Shown: one piece after another, positions 35,662 through 49,172 of the stretch
Numbering within the stretch: the first letter of the stretch is position 1
Layout: each line of letters opens with the position of its first letter
Assembly: GCA_030390025.1 (NCBI GenBank)
Contig: CM059431.1
Span: 111,602,001-111,666,000 of the forward strand
Source of the DNA: Squalus acanthias
Lineage: Eukaryota
DNA: 64,000 bases
Direction of reading: 5' to 3'
Notes under the pieces: model-generated
Told to the model about the DNA's origin: nothing
What the model saw: only the letters and a program-made list of their open reading frames with translations
The model's database searches: none
Position numbers and translations under genes: made by a program

Positions 35662-37982
35662 AGTCATAGTCATAGAGTTATACAGCACAGAAAGAGGCCC
35701 TTCGACCCATCGTGTCCGTGCCGGCCATCAAGCCCTGTCTATTCTAATCCCATTTTCCAGCACTTGGTCCGTAGCCTTGTATGCTATGGCGTTTCAAGTG
35801 CTCATCTAAATGCTTCTTGAATGTTGTGAGGGTTCCTGCCTCTACCACCCTTTCAGGCAGTGAGTTCCAAATTCCAACCACCCTCTGGGTGAAAAAGTTT
35901 TTCCTCAAATCCCCTCTAAACCTCCTGCCCCTTACCTTGAAACTATGCCCCCTGGTTATTGACCCCTCTACTAAGGGGAAAAGTTCCTTTCTATCTACCC
36001 TATCTATGCCCCTCATAATTTTGTACACCACAATCAGGTCCCCCCTCAGCCTTCCCTGCTCTAAATAAAACAACCCCAGCCTGTCCAGTCTCTCTTCATA
36101 GCTGAAGCGCTCCAGCCCAGGTGACATCCTGGTGAATCTCCTCTGCACCCTCGCCAATGCAATCACATCCTTCCTATAGTGTGGCGACCAGAACTGCACA
36201 GAGTATTCCAGCTGTGGCCTAACTAGCGTTTTGTACAGCTCCATCATAACCTCCCTGCTCTTATATTCTATGCCTCGGCTAATGAAGACAAGTATCCCAT
36301 ATGCCTTTTTAACCACCTTATCTACCTGTCCTGCTGCCTTCAGGGATCTATGTACATGCACACCAAGGTCCCTCTGATCCTCTGTCCTTCCTAGGGTCCT
36401 ACCATTCATTGTGTATTGCCTTGCCTTGTTAGTCCTCCCAAAATGCATCACCTCACACTTTTCAGGGTTAAATTCCATTTGCCACTGTTCTGCCCATCTG
36501 ACCAACCCGTCTATATCGTCCTGTAGCCTGAGGCTTCCCTCCTCGCTATTTACCACTCCACCAATTTTCGTGTCATCTGCGAACTTACTGATCATACCTC
36601 CTACATTCATATCTAAATCATTAATGTACACTACAAACAGCAAGAGATCCAGCACCGATCCCTGCGGTACACCACTGGACACAGGCTTCCGGTCACAAAA
36701 GCAACCTTCGACCATCACCCTCTGCCTCCTGCCACTGAGCCAATTTTGGATCCAATGTGTCAAATTGCCCTGGATCCCATGGGCTCTTACCTTCTTGACC
36801 AGTCTCCCATGCGGGACTTTGTCAAAAGCCTTACTGAAGTCCATGTTGACTACATCAACTGCACTACCCTCATCCACACACCAAGTCACCCCCTCAAAAA
36901 ATTCAACCAAATTGGTCAGACATGATCTCCCCCTGACAAAGCCATGCTGACTATCCTTGATTAATCCTTGCCTCTCCAAGTGGAGACTAATTCTGTCCCT
37001 CAGAATTTTTTCCAATAATTTCCCTATCACTGATGTTAGGCTCACTGGCCTGTAATTCCCTGGTTTATCCCTACTACCCTTCTTGAATAATGGTACTACG
37101 TTAGCTGTCCTCCAGTCCTCTGGCACCTCCCCTGTGGCCAGAGAGGTTCTGAAAAATTTGTGTCAGAGCCCCTGCAATCTCCTCCCTTGCCTCATACAGC
37201 AGCCTGGGATACATCTCGTCTGGGCCTGGGGATTTATCCACTTTTAAGCCCGCTAAAACCTCCTCCCTCTCAATGCTAATTTGTTCAAGTATATCACAAT
37301 CCCCCTGCCTGATTTCTATGCCGACATCGTCCTTCTCCATAGTAAACACAGATGCAAAATATTCATTTAAAACCTCACCTACATCTTCCGGCTCTATACA
37401 CAGATTGCCACTTTGGTCCCTAATGGGCCCTACTCTTTCCCTGGTTATCCTCTTGCCCTTAATATGCTTATAAAACACCTTGGGATTTTCCTTTATTTTG
37501 CCCGCCAGTGTTTTTTCATGCCCCCTCTTCGCTGTCCTAATTTCTTTTTTAAGTACCCCCCTGCACTTTCTATACTCCTCTAGGGCTTCCACTGTTTTTA
37601 GACCTTTGTATCTGCCAAAAGCCTCCCTTTTTTTCCTAATCCATTCTTGTATATCCCTTGACATCCAGGGTTCCCTGGGCTTGTTGGTCCCACCCTTGAC
37701 CTTTACGGAAACATGTTGGCGTTGTACTCTCTCTATTTCCTTTCTGAAAGACTCCCACTGATCTGATGTGGATTTTCCTACAAGTAGCTGATCCCAGTCC
37801 ACTTTGGCCAGATCCTGCCTTATCATATTAAAATCGGCCTTCCCCCAATTTAGAACCTTTATTTCTGGCCCATCTTTGTCCTTTTCCATGACTACCTTAA
37901 ATCTCACCGAATTATGGTCACTGTCACCAAAATGCTCTCCTACCGACACTTCTACCACTTGCCCGGCTACGTTCCCTAGAAT
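35662..37982 (-). mobile_element. CR1 LINE, 5'-truncated, ORF2 nearly intact (one frameshift near 37120-37160)
   Basis: ORFs 37101-37958 (GDSDHN...PGPDEMYPR) and 35744-37126 (complete RT, KFADDTK); (catagt)n tail. Confidence 0.93.
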
Positions 37983-38036
37983 GCATGAACAGGGAAGGGG
38001 TGGACATCATTCTCTCGAATGCCGTTCTGCTGCCTC

Positions 38037-38639
38037 TGTAAGGGTAAAATTAATTGTAATAATGTAAGAGCAAATCAGTTGTAATGCTTAAAGTTAGTTG
38101 AACTGCTTAAAGGACTAGAGTAAAGGTCAAAATATCTCCCGAAGGCCACAAGCCGATGGAGACAGGGGTATAATTAAATAAAAACCTGCTTGCTTGGTCT
38201 GCGGTATAGATAATGCAGACACTGCAGAACAAAACGTGAATCATTGTTGTCTATAATAAACTAACCTCGAATGGTGTCCAATCACCAACAGACAACTCAG
38301 GTTGACCGAAGCTATGATGGAGCAAGAATAAACCTTGCAGCCCAGATGGCTAACCACCATTAGACAAAAGCAGAACTAGAATGGGTTTCGCTAACATTGT
38401 AAGATTCTAATCAGGTTGTTTTTAGAGACCCGACTAAGGGTCGCTCATGATGTAATAACTGCTGATGTTTGTACTTTCTGGCTTCTTGAAGTGTATGAAG
38501 AAGCTGGGCTGCTACTATTAAATTGAGAAGCTGGTCACTAGACCGCGGGGGCTATGACTCTTCTCCCAATGCACTTTGAATAATAAACTGTGATCTTTTA
38601 CTTTGAGACAGACTCGAGTGAATTTATTTTTCACCAACA
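38037..38639 (+). mobile_element. Solo LTR (603 bp), ERV/Gypsy type
   Basis: TGTAAGGGTAAAAT...ATTTTTCACCAACA termini, exact 4-bp TSD CCTC, AATAAA at 38582-38587. Confidence 0.8.
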
Positions 38640-38860
38640 CCTCTTTGCTACCTGTTAGCACAGCCGCCGACTCCAATCTCAGGAGAAAGCAGAACCTTTA
38701 CGGCAATCAGTAGGAGGTGAAACCCAGCCGTAACAAACAGGTTCTGCTCGTACACCTTCATTTAGCTCTTCCGCAAGCAAGCACAGAGATGCAGGAACCA
38801 TCTGTGCCTTCAGGGCATCCGAACAGGAGGTACCAATCTGACAGCACTTCACCAAAAAAA

Positions 38861-39737
38861 CATGAAAATCTGAGTTCGCAACACGGTTAGAACTCTGCGA
38901 GTCAAGTCATTTATATTTGCCAGTACCATTGGGATGTCTGCCATCAACAGCACTCCTTTAAAGTAAAGGTGCCTTTACAGTGGCCTCTAATAATTTAGAA
39001 CAACAATTACTCGAAAGCCTTGAAAACTCACAAAGCTGAACAGTGCGGACTGACTGGCCGGGTCCTTGCGACTGTTAAAATTGTGTAACCAGCAGTTACT
39101 GCGCTACACGCATGAAATACTGCACGCAACAGTACCGCATACTGTGCTGCGGCTCTATAAACAGTGACACAAGCTCCATCTGTCCTTCGTATTCCCACTG
39201 GTGTGCATTTGGCATTTAGAGCAGCACAGCCACGTCAGCCAGTCCGGGCCTCCTGTAATTACTCCGCTGACCTTCCAGAGGGCGCTGTTGCCTTCCTGAC
39301 CAGATCACAACTTCACTCACTGAAGAGGCACAAAAATCATTCCTCAATTCTTTTAACTCCCGTGGGATCGTAGTGCACGGCGAGCCCAGAGAAACAGAGG
39401 CAGACTAAGTAGGGTACCCCCCTGTTCCGGAATAAGGTCTGACAGGGATATCTGTGTCATTATTTTAAGAAAACAAACTTTCCGAAGCACACGAAGAAGC
39501 AGCTTGCATTATTAGGTGAAAGAGGCAGAAGGGGAAAAGACAAGCGGAGTGATTCACGTCTCACTGATGCCCCATTTTCCGGCGTCAGTAATTGTTGTTC
39601 TAAGTTATTAGAGGGCACTGTAAGGGCACCTTTACTTTAAAGGAGTGCTGTTGATGGCAGACATCCCAATGGTACTGGCAAAGATAAATGACTTGACTCG
39701 CAGAGGTGTCACCGTGCTGCAAACTCAGATTTTCATG
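38861..39737. repeat. Long inverted repeat (~150-bp arms, ~580-bp spacer), probable non-autonomous DNA transposon
   Basis: 38861-39010 is the reverse complement of 39588-39737 with scattered mismatches. Confidence 0.8.
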
Positions 39738-40989
39738 TGTTTTGTAGGCCACTGCAGCATTAAAAAATTTGGGGAAAAAAAACTTAAGTGCTGAGTTTCC
39801 ACCTCATGCCCGCCCGTCGCGATCTTCGAATTTCGGCAGCCAGCACCCCAGCCAGAGACGGGCGGGACCCTCGGGGGTCCTGGTGCAATTCTGGGCTTCC
39901 ATTGGCCAGGAGCCCATGGTGCACAAGTCCCGCCCCCCGTGGATCTGAATGTAAAGCAACCAAACCAGGGGTCCTCAAAGGGACTGCCGAAGGTCACGCA
40001 GAAACCATGACAAGAAGTGTTTTTTTTCCCCCACAGGCCCCGTAAAATGGTTTTTGCCCGCGCCTCCACATCCTCGTTCCCCCACAGCCCCCCCCCCGCT
40101 CCCCTTTACGGTCGCCCTGCCAGCTTAGCTCCAGACTTCCCGATCAAAGAGCTGCCCCGTCAGTGCTCGTTAAGCTGGCCGATTTTACTTAAGCGAGGCC
40201 TGACAGCCACGATCGACTGGGCCACCCGCTGGTGACATGGGGCAAGCAGCGGGAAAGCTTCCCCCCCCCTCCCCCGCCCACTTACCTGCCTGACGCACGT
40301 CAGAGGTAAAAAGCGGCCCCACCAAAGAAGTGTGGCTCATGCCAACACGTCCTGCCCATATCTGCGAACCCTATTCGAGGACACAGTCGCACGGTTAGTA
40401 CGAGGCTGCCGTGCAAAGCCTGTGTTTGTGTAGCATGTCCCCACTATCAGTGACATACTCAAACTGCTGTACGTGTTGAATTAACTAAGTACAAGTCGAC
40501 GTGCAATACTTACACAGGCATGAACTTTCACACCCAACCCACAACTATGAAGGGTTTTCTCATTCTCCCCAGATTAACTGGAAAAGTCCAATATTTTTCT
40601 CTCACAGGGTCGTTGAGGTTATAATTACAGCAGCAACGTGAATCAAAGACGTTTGGCTGCAGACAGAAATGATTAACCTTTTCCCAAGTGGTTATTCACT
40701 TGCTCAGCTCTCGGCCTCGGCTCATCCAACTGTCTTGCTGCAGTGGTGAGGGCGCGCACCATGCTGCTGATGGCTTTAGCCCACTCATCTATTGATACAG
40801 AAGTTTGGAGAGCGTTGCTCAAACGCTGGGCCTCACCCCCAGGCCTAACTATTTGTAGCAAACACAAACAATTCTGGAGAAGAGTGTGCAGCAAGAGAAC
40901 ACCATTCCTCTGGCCTTGAGATAACCTGCAGATGTTGTTGAGATAACCAGCAGTAAAACAGCTGCCTATCTAGAGAAAATTCCAACAAT

Positions 40990-41435
40990 AGTTAGCCATG
41001 GTAGCACCCTCGCCTCTGGGTCAGAAGGCTGTGGGTTCAACTCCCACTCCAGAGACTTGAGCACGCAAATCTGGGCTGACACTCCAGTGCGGTGCTGAGG
41101 GAGTGCTGCACTGTCGGAGGTGCCGTCTTTCGGATGTGACCTTAAACCGAGGCCCCGTCTGATCTCTCGGGTGGACGTAAAAGATCCCATGGCACTATTT
41201 CAAAGAAGAGCAGGGGGAGTTATCCCCGGTGTCCAACGTCACAAAAAAAAACAGATTATCGGGTCATTATCACATTGCTGTTTGTGGGAGCTTGCTGTGC
41301 GCAAAATGGCTGCCGCGTTTCCTACATTACAACAGTGACCGCACTTCAAAATAGTACTTCATTGGCTGTAAAGCGCTTTCGGACGTCCGGTGGTCGTGAA
41401 AGGCGCTATATAAATGCAAGTCTTTCTTTTCTTTA
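40990..41435 (+). mobile_element. SacSINE1/DeuSINE-type SINE
   Basis: Family head, body and (cttt)n tail. Confidence 0.82.
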
Positions 41436-42192
41436 CTTGCTCTCAAGAACAGTTCCATGTTCCTACAAGGAATGCCTGAGTACTAGCCTCAAATGCACAG
41501 GCCAGATTGGTAGCCAAGCATTACAGCAATACTCCAGGCCGTGGTCGCCAACTCTGGTTGGCCACATTCGTTACATGACCTCCCACCGCCCCGCTTAGTC
41601 AAACAACCTTTCCCCCACCCCATCTCCAACACTTTAGAACTATTAAACCAAAGTGTTCCATGAAAATGAAAAAAAAACTTTTTTTTAATGCCTCTATGAT
41701 TTTTCTCCCTGGGTCGCTCGCCGCAAGTGTCCTCGAGATTGATCTTTAATTCCTGGGGACTCCAGGGCAATCCAGGGAAGGCTGGTAGACCCCAGGCTAC
41801 CCATCAACAATTCCAACTGGTATTTACTATTTTGATATGCTGTAGTGCAAGACAGGAGCTAATCATGCATTTAAGGGGATTCATTGCAGTTAGCTCACTG
41901 AGTCTGTGCTGAAAGAGAGTCCATTTGTAAACCCCTTTTTAACACACTCGCAATACAAGGGGTTACAGCTTCTTGGAGGCTGGCTGTGTCACAACTAAGC
42001 AGTCGATCAGAATGGGCTTGCAACAATGCTGCTGACTCACATAGTAACTATGTCAATAGACACGGACCTGCTGAAAATACTAATGTGTGGTGCAGTAATC
42101 CAGCTGTGGAGTGTGCAAATTTGGACACTCACAGAAAGAACAAGGTGACCCCAAAAATCCTGCTTTATGGCAGAGGCCCTGTAAAGTTCTTA

Positions 42193-42812
42193 TTTTTTTA
42201 TTCGTTTTATGGGATCTGGGCATCGCTGGCAGGCCAGCATTTATTGCCCATTCCTAGTTGCCCTTGAGAAGGTGGTGGTGCGCCTCCTTCTTGAACCGCT
42301 GCAGTCTGTGTGGTGAAGGTACTCCCACAGTGCTGTTAGGGAGGGAGTTCCAGGATTTTGACCCAGCGACGATGAAGGATCGGCGATATACTTCTAAGTC
42401 AGGATGGTGTGTGACTTGGAGGGGAACTTGGAGGTGGTGGTGTTCCCATGCGTCTGCTGCCCTTGTCCTTCTAGGTGGAAGAGGTCGCGGGTTTGGGAGG
42501 TGCTGCCGAAGAAGCCTTGGCGAGTTGCTGCAGTGCATCTTGTAGATGGTACACACTGCAGCCACGGTACGCCGGTGGTGGAGGGAGTGAATGTTTAAGG
42601 TGGTGGATGGGGTGCCAAGCAAGCGGGCTGCTTTGTCCTGGATGGTGTCGAGCTTCTTGAGTGTTGTTGGAGCTGCACTCATCCAGGCAAGTGGAGAGTA
42701 TTCCATCACACTCCTGACTTGTGCCTTGTAGATGGTGGAAAGGCTTTGGGGAGTCAGAAGGTGAGACACTCGCCGCAGAATACCTAACCTCTGAGCTGCT
42801 CTTGTTGCCACA
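42193..42812 (-). mobile_element. 3' fragment of third LINE family
   Basis: ORF 42254-42844 matches the C-terminus seen at 2793-3400 and 54180-54840. Confidence 0.87.
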
Positions 42813-43199
42813 GTATTTGATGACGAGAGGGTTGTCCATAGCACAATAAACCAAGAGAGGATCCAGCAGCGTCCTCCTCAATGCCCCTGAATTTTTAGGC
42901 AAAATCACAGCGAGTTTAATGGCGCTCGCCGTTACTAATGTGTAAATCGTCCAGCAACTTGTGGTGAGGAAGAGATAGACTGTGAATTGCGAAAGGCCAC
43001 AGGTTGCTGGACGATTCGCTCAGCTCCGCCATTAGCCTCGCAGGAAAAAAAAAACAACTCGCCCTCAACCTCCCTGTGAGTTTAAAGAAATTGCCGCACT
43101 TGCACATTAATTACCAACTAAACTCGCCGCAGCAAGTTAGGGCTGGACTTATTTCTCTTTCTGTACCTGGTCTGACTCTAACTCAACCTCCTTCTCCAT

Positions 43200-43676
43200 C
43201 TAAGGTTCACCAGACTGGTTCCTGGGATGGCAGGACTGTCGTATGAGGAGAGATTGGGTCGACTAGGCCTGTATTCACTAGAGTTTAGAAGAATGAGAGG
43301 GGATCTCATAGAAACATATAAAATTCTGACAGGGCTAGACAGACTGGATGCAGGGAGGATGTTTCCTCTGGCTGGGGGGGTCTAGAACGAGGGGTCACAG
43401 TCTCAGGATACGGGGTTGGACATTTAGGACTGAGATGAGGAGGAATTTCTTCACTCAGAGGGTGGAGAACTTGTGGAATTCTCTACCACAGAAGGCTGTG
43501 GAGGCCAAGTCACTGAATATATTTAAGAAGGAGATAGATAGATTTCTAGACACAAAAGGCATCAGGGGGTATGGGGAGAGAGCGGGAATATGGTATTGAG
43601 ATAGAGGATCTGCCATGATCATATTGAATGGCGGAGCAGGCTCGAAGGGCCGAATGGCCTACTCCTGCTCCTATGT
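43200..43676 (+). mobile_element. CR1 (HER1-like) 3' end
   Basis: MRRNFFTQRVENLWNSLP; tail shared with the HE1 SINE. Confidence 0.85.
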
Positions 43677-44119
43677 CATTCTTCTGTTTCTTACTCAATC
43701 CCTCAATCTCATGAGTTAAGGGGATCGACTGCTGGTCCCATTGTTCACTGAGGTCCCAGATGCCCTGTTGCCTTCGCCGCGCTGTTATCAGCTCGCACTT
43801 CCAGCAATTTGTGGCACAAATAATTTTCGAGCTGAAGGGTGCAGGAAAATGTGGAACTAACGAGGCCGGCCACAAGATGCCCCGCTCCAGCAAAATCTGG
43901 CCCACTGCCGATTGCCCAACGCACATTAGAAGGATGAGTGCAAGGTGGTATCCAGTTGGATGAAAAGTGCAGAGGTAAGCGACGAGGTTGATTATCTATT
44001 ATTTTACTTCATTATATATGGGCATAACTGCCAATTGCCTTATATTGGCAGAAAAGACCGACACAAAAATGAAGCATTTTCATCTGAAAGGAGTCGGCAG
44101 CCCCGGAGAAGGCAGAGGA

Positions 44120-47100
44120 TAATTCAGAGCAGCTGAAGGCAGTTAATTCGGGAAACTAGGCCTATAAAAACAGGCATCGCAGTGCGATTTACACTGAGTG
44201 CGGTTTGAACAGAGTGCTGGGAGTTAGGTGGGTGAGGAGTGGAAGGAGGAGCTCCCTTGCTTCGCCTTTGCTTTCCCTAACTTTTCACCCTGGAGGAATT
44301 GGTTCTTACTTTACACCCAGGAAAGAGTCCGAGAGCGGGAGCAGTCAAACAACAACAACTACAAAACCGCTAAAGTGACGTCACAACCAGGGAAGGAGCT
44401 GATTGGTAAGTAGGACCTGGTGAGTATTTCTACAGTCCAGTCGTTAAAGTAAAAGTAAGGTCTCTAGTTTAGAGTAAGTAGTATGTAAAGTGAAGTAAGG
44501 TTCCTAGTGTATTTAATATTCTTTAATTTAGAGGAAGGAAAGGGAGTAAATTAAGGGTAGGACATGGCAGGGCAGCTCGGCAGCGTGGAATGCTCCTGTG
44601 CTATGTGGGAAGTCAGGGACACTTTAGGTGTCCAGGGCGAACACATGTGCAGGAAGTGTCTCCAGCTGCAGCTACTCAAAATCTGCGTTTCGGAGCTGGA
44701 GCAGCGGCTGGAGTCACTGTGGAGCATCCGCGAGGCTGAGATCTACGTGGATAGCACGTTTAACGAGGTGGTCACACCGCAAGTAAAGAGTGCACAGGCA
44801 GAAAGGGAATGGGTGACCGCCAGACAGAGTAAAAGAACTAGGAAGGTAGTGCAGGAGTCCCCTGGGTCCATCTCCCTCTCCGACAGATTTTCCGTTTTGG
44901 ATATTGCTGGGGGAGATGGTTTCTCAGGGGAATGCAGCAAGTCCGTGGCACTACGAGTGGCTCAGCTGCACAGGAGGGGAGGAAAAAGAGTGGGAGAGCA
45001 ATAGTGATAGGGGATTCTATTGTAAGGGGAACAGATAGACGTTTCTGTGGCCACAGACGTGACTCCAGGATGGTATGTTGCCTCCCTGGTGCCAGGGTCA
45101 AGGATGTCACTGAACGGCTGCAGGACATTCTGAAGGGGGAGGGTGAACAGCCAGCGGTCATGGTCCATATCGGTACCAACGACATAGGTAGAAAGAGGGA
45201 TGAGGTCCTGCAAGCAGAATATAGAGAGCTAGGAAATAAATTAAAAAGCAGGACCTCAAAGGTAGTAATCTCAGGATTACTCCCAGTGCCACGTGCTAGC
45301 GAGAGCAGAAATAGGAGATTAGACCAGATGAATGCGTGGCTGGAGAGAGAGATGGTGTAGGAGGGAGGGATTTAAATTCCTGGGGGAAAAAATTCAGTAT
45401 CGCTCCGTTTGGGGCGCAATTATCGGCTGTGCGCAAAGTTTAACGCCTGGCGCTAATTATCGCCTCCGACTGCAAACTTGGCTTTTATCGCCCCTGGAGG
45501 TGATTGGAGCGCTAAATCAGGCGCTACACACCTGTCTTAAGGCGCAAAGGTCGAGGAGCGAGGCGCTACCTCAGAGCACTGGCGAAGCTCATGTGATGTC
45601 AGTCAGCAATGGAACACAGACACAATGGCGCCGGCCAGTTCTTAAAGGGGAGGGTCGATCTTGCTCTCCATCCACATCCTGCTCATTGCAGTCTTGAATC
45701 TCGGCCTGGAGAGACCTGTACATCAAATCTGCTGGAAAGAACAATGGAGAGAACCAGGGAAAGAGCTCAGAGTGCAGCCCCCACAGTCTCTTCTAAATAG
45801 ATGCAAGGAAGGGCAAATCAAAATGAACCTGCAAAGTGCTGCTCAGTACACAAACTCCTTCACACAGCGTTGAATCTCTCCAGAAGTCTCCCTCTCACTC
45901 TCTCAGAATGCGTGGTGCAAAAATGTCACCAACAAAAAAAAGGCAGGAAGCGTTCGCCTTTAAATAGCGCTCTCCCAGTCCCTTCCTGACTGCAAAACGC
46001 TCCCCTCAACCTGTCGTTGCTAGCAGCAGGCGGGAAGGCAGGGGGCGCCACTCAATATCCGCTCCGGGGCGATACCGTGGCGTTGCGCACTCGACTGACG
46101 TCACGATCTGCCGGTGCAGGAGATTGTGGCGGTAGTGTTTAGCGCCGCCGCAAAATGTCTGGTCGATTTCGCGAGAGGCACAGATATCACCGTGCCCGGG
46201 CGCTAGTTGCTTTGCGCCCCATTAGCGCCCTCTTAAGGCGCTAACGGGAGGTGCAAACCAACTGAATTTTCTCCCCGAGGCATTGGGACCGATTCTGGGG
46301 AAGGTGGGACCTGTACAAGCTGGACGGGTTACACCTTGGCAGTGCCGGGACCAATATTTTCGCTGGGGATTTGCTACTGCTGTTGGGAAGGATTTAAACT
46401 AGTTTGTCAGGGGCTGAGACTGAGAACCTAAGTGTGGGCCCAGAACGGAGAGAAACAAAGCTGGAAGTGCAAGTTAGAAAAGTAGTCAGCAAAACTAGTA
46501 GGGGGCAGAAAGAAAGGCCAACAGTAAAGAGGGTCAAAGTGCAGAAAAATATTAAACAGGCAAAATTGAAGGCACTTTATCTAAATGCACGTAGCATTCG
46601 CAACAAGGTGGATGAATTAATGGCACAAATAGAAGTAAATGGGTATGATGTAATTGCCATTACAGAGACATGGTTGCAGGGTAACCAAAGCTGGGAACTG
46701 AATGTTCCAGGGTACTCAACATTTAGGAAGGACAGACAAAAAGGAAAAGGAGGTGGCGTAGCGCTGTTAATAAGGGATGAGATCGGTACGGTAGAGATAA
46801 AAGATCTTGGCTCGGCAGATCGTGATGTAGAACTGGAATCAGTTTGGGTGGAGCTAAGAAAAAGCAAAGGGCGGGAAACATTGGTGGGAGTTGTGTATAG
46901 GCCACCAAACAGTAATGGTAATATAGGGCACAGTATCAATCAAGAAATTAGAAGTGCATGTAACAAGGGCAATACGGTAATCATGGGGGACTTTAATCTA
47001 CATATTGACTGGGCAAATCAAATTACCACTAATGGTGTGGAGGACGAATTCTTGGAATGCATGCAAGATGGTTTCCTGGATCAGTATGTGGAGGAACCAA

Positions 47101-49172
47101 CCAGGGAACAGGCTATTCTGGATCTGGTACTGTGTAATGAGAAAGGGCTAATCAATAATCTTGTGGTAAAGGGGCCTTTAGGGACAAGTGACCATAATAT
47201 GATTGAATGTTACATTAAGTTTGAGAGTGATGTAGTCCAATCTGAAACTAAGGTCTTCAATCTAAACAGAGGAAACTACAAGGGTATGAGGGACAAGTTG
47301 ACCATGGTAGATTGGGAGACTACACTAAAAGGTATGAAGGTGGACATACAATGGCTAGCATTCAAGGAAATAATGCATAATTTGCAACAAACATATATTC
47401 CTCTAGGACATAGAAACCCAAAAGGAAAAGTGATCCAACCATGGCTAACAAAAGAAATTAAAGCTAGTATTAAGTCAAAGGAGGAAGCTTATAAAGTTGC
47501 CAGAAAAAAGCGGTCAGCTGAGGATTGGGATCTTTTTAGAAATCAGCAAAGGAGGACCAAGAAATTGATAAAGAAAGGGAAAATGGAATATGAACACAAA
47601 CTAGCGAAAAATATAAAAACGGATTGTAAAAGCTTCTATATGTATGTGAAAAGGAAAAGACTGGTGAAGGTAAATGTAGGTCCTGTACAGTCAGAGACAG
47701 GAGAATTTATAATGGGGAATGAGGAAATGGCAAAGAAATTAAATAAATACTTTGTTACTGTCTTCACGGAGGAAGACACAAAAAACCTCCCAGAAATACG
47801 AGAAAACCAAGGGTGTGGCGAGAATGAGGAACTTAAAGAAATTATTATTAGAAACAGTACTAGCAAAATTAATGGGACTAAAAGTTGATAAATCCCAAGG
47901 ACCGGATGACCTACATCCTAGGGTTTTGAAAGAGGTGGCCATTGGGATAGTGGACGCATTGGTTGTCATCTTCCAAAATTCTATAGATTCTGGAACGGTT
48001 CCTGCAGATTGGAGGATAGCAAATATAACCCCGCTATTTAAGAAAGGAGGGAGAGAGAAAACGGGGAACTACAGACCTGTTAGCCTCACATCAGTAGTTG
48101 GGAAAATGCTGGAATCTATTATAAAGGATGCAATAACTGGGCACTTAGAAACTAATAGTAAGATTGGGAAGAGTCAACATGGATTTATGAAAGGGAAATC
48201 CTGTTTGACAAACCTATTGGAATTCTTTGAGGATGTAACTAGTGGAGTAGACAAAGGGTTACCGGTAGATGTGGTGTATCTGGATTTTCAGAAGGCCTTC
48301 GATAGGGTCCCACGCAAGAGGTTGGTGAACAAAATTAGGGCACATGGAATTGGGGGTAATATACTAGCATGGATTGAGAATTGGTTAACAGACAGAAAAC
48401 AGAGAGTAAGGATAAACGGGTCTTTTTCAGGATGGCAGGCTGTGACTAGTGGGGTACCACAAGGATCGGTGCTTGGGCCCCAGATATTCACAATCTATAT
48501 CAATGATTTGGACGAGGGGACTAAATGTAACATTTCCACATTTGCTGATGATACAAAGCTAGGTGGCAGTGTCAGTTGTAAAGAGGATGTGAAGAGGCTT
48601 CAAGGGGATCTTGACAGGCTCAGTGAGTGGATGAGAACATGGCAGATGGAATATAATGTGGATAAATGTGAAGTTATCCACTGTGGTAGAACAAACAGAA
48701 AGGGAGAGTATTTCCTAAATGGTGAAAGATTGGGGAATGCAGATGCTCAAAGGGACCTGGGTAGCCTTGTACATGAGTCACTGAAAGTGAATGTGCAGGT
48801 GCAGCAAGCCATTAGGAAGTCAAATGGTATGCTGGCCTTCATTACAAGAGGATTTGAGTACAGAAGTAAAGAACTCTTACTCCAATTATATAGGGTCTTG
48901 GTGAGACCACACCTGGAGTACTGTGTACAATTTTGGTCTCCTTACCTAAGGAAGGATATACTTGCCATAGAGGGAATGCAATAAAGGTTCACGAGATTGA
49001 TTCCTGGGATGGCGGGGCTGTCGTATGAGAAGAGATTGAGTAAACTAGGTCTGTATTCTCTTGAATTCAGAAGAATGAGAGGGGATCTCATGGAAGCATA
49101 CAAAATTATTACAGGGCTTGATAGGGTGGATGCTAGGAGAATGTTTCCCTTGGCTGGAGAGTCTAGAACCAG
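44120..49172 (+). mobile_element. Near full-length CR1 LINE: 5' UTR, ORF1 (Zn finger/leucine zipper plus SGNH esterase), ORF2 (APE-RT); frameshifted, MITE-interrupted, 3' end missing
   Basis: 44564 ORF with CxC..CRKC plus coiled coil; 44932 ORF IVIGDSIVRG...HIGTND; 46404 APE (YLNARS, ITETW, GDFN, SDH); 47752 RT (FADDTK). 5' boundary approximate. Confidence 0.92.
45383..46276 (+). mobile_element. Harbinger-like MITE family B inserted in CR1 ORF1
   Basis: Highly similar to 33679-34569; TIRs present; TSD not cleanly resolved. Confidence 0.8.
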
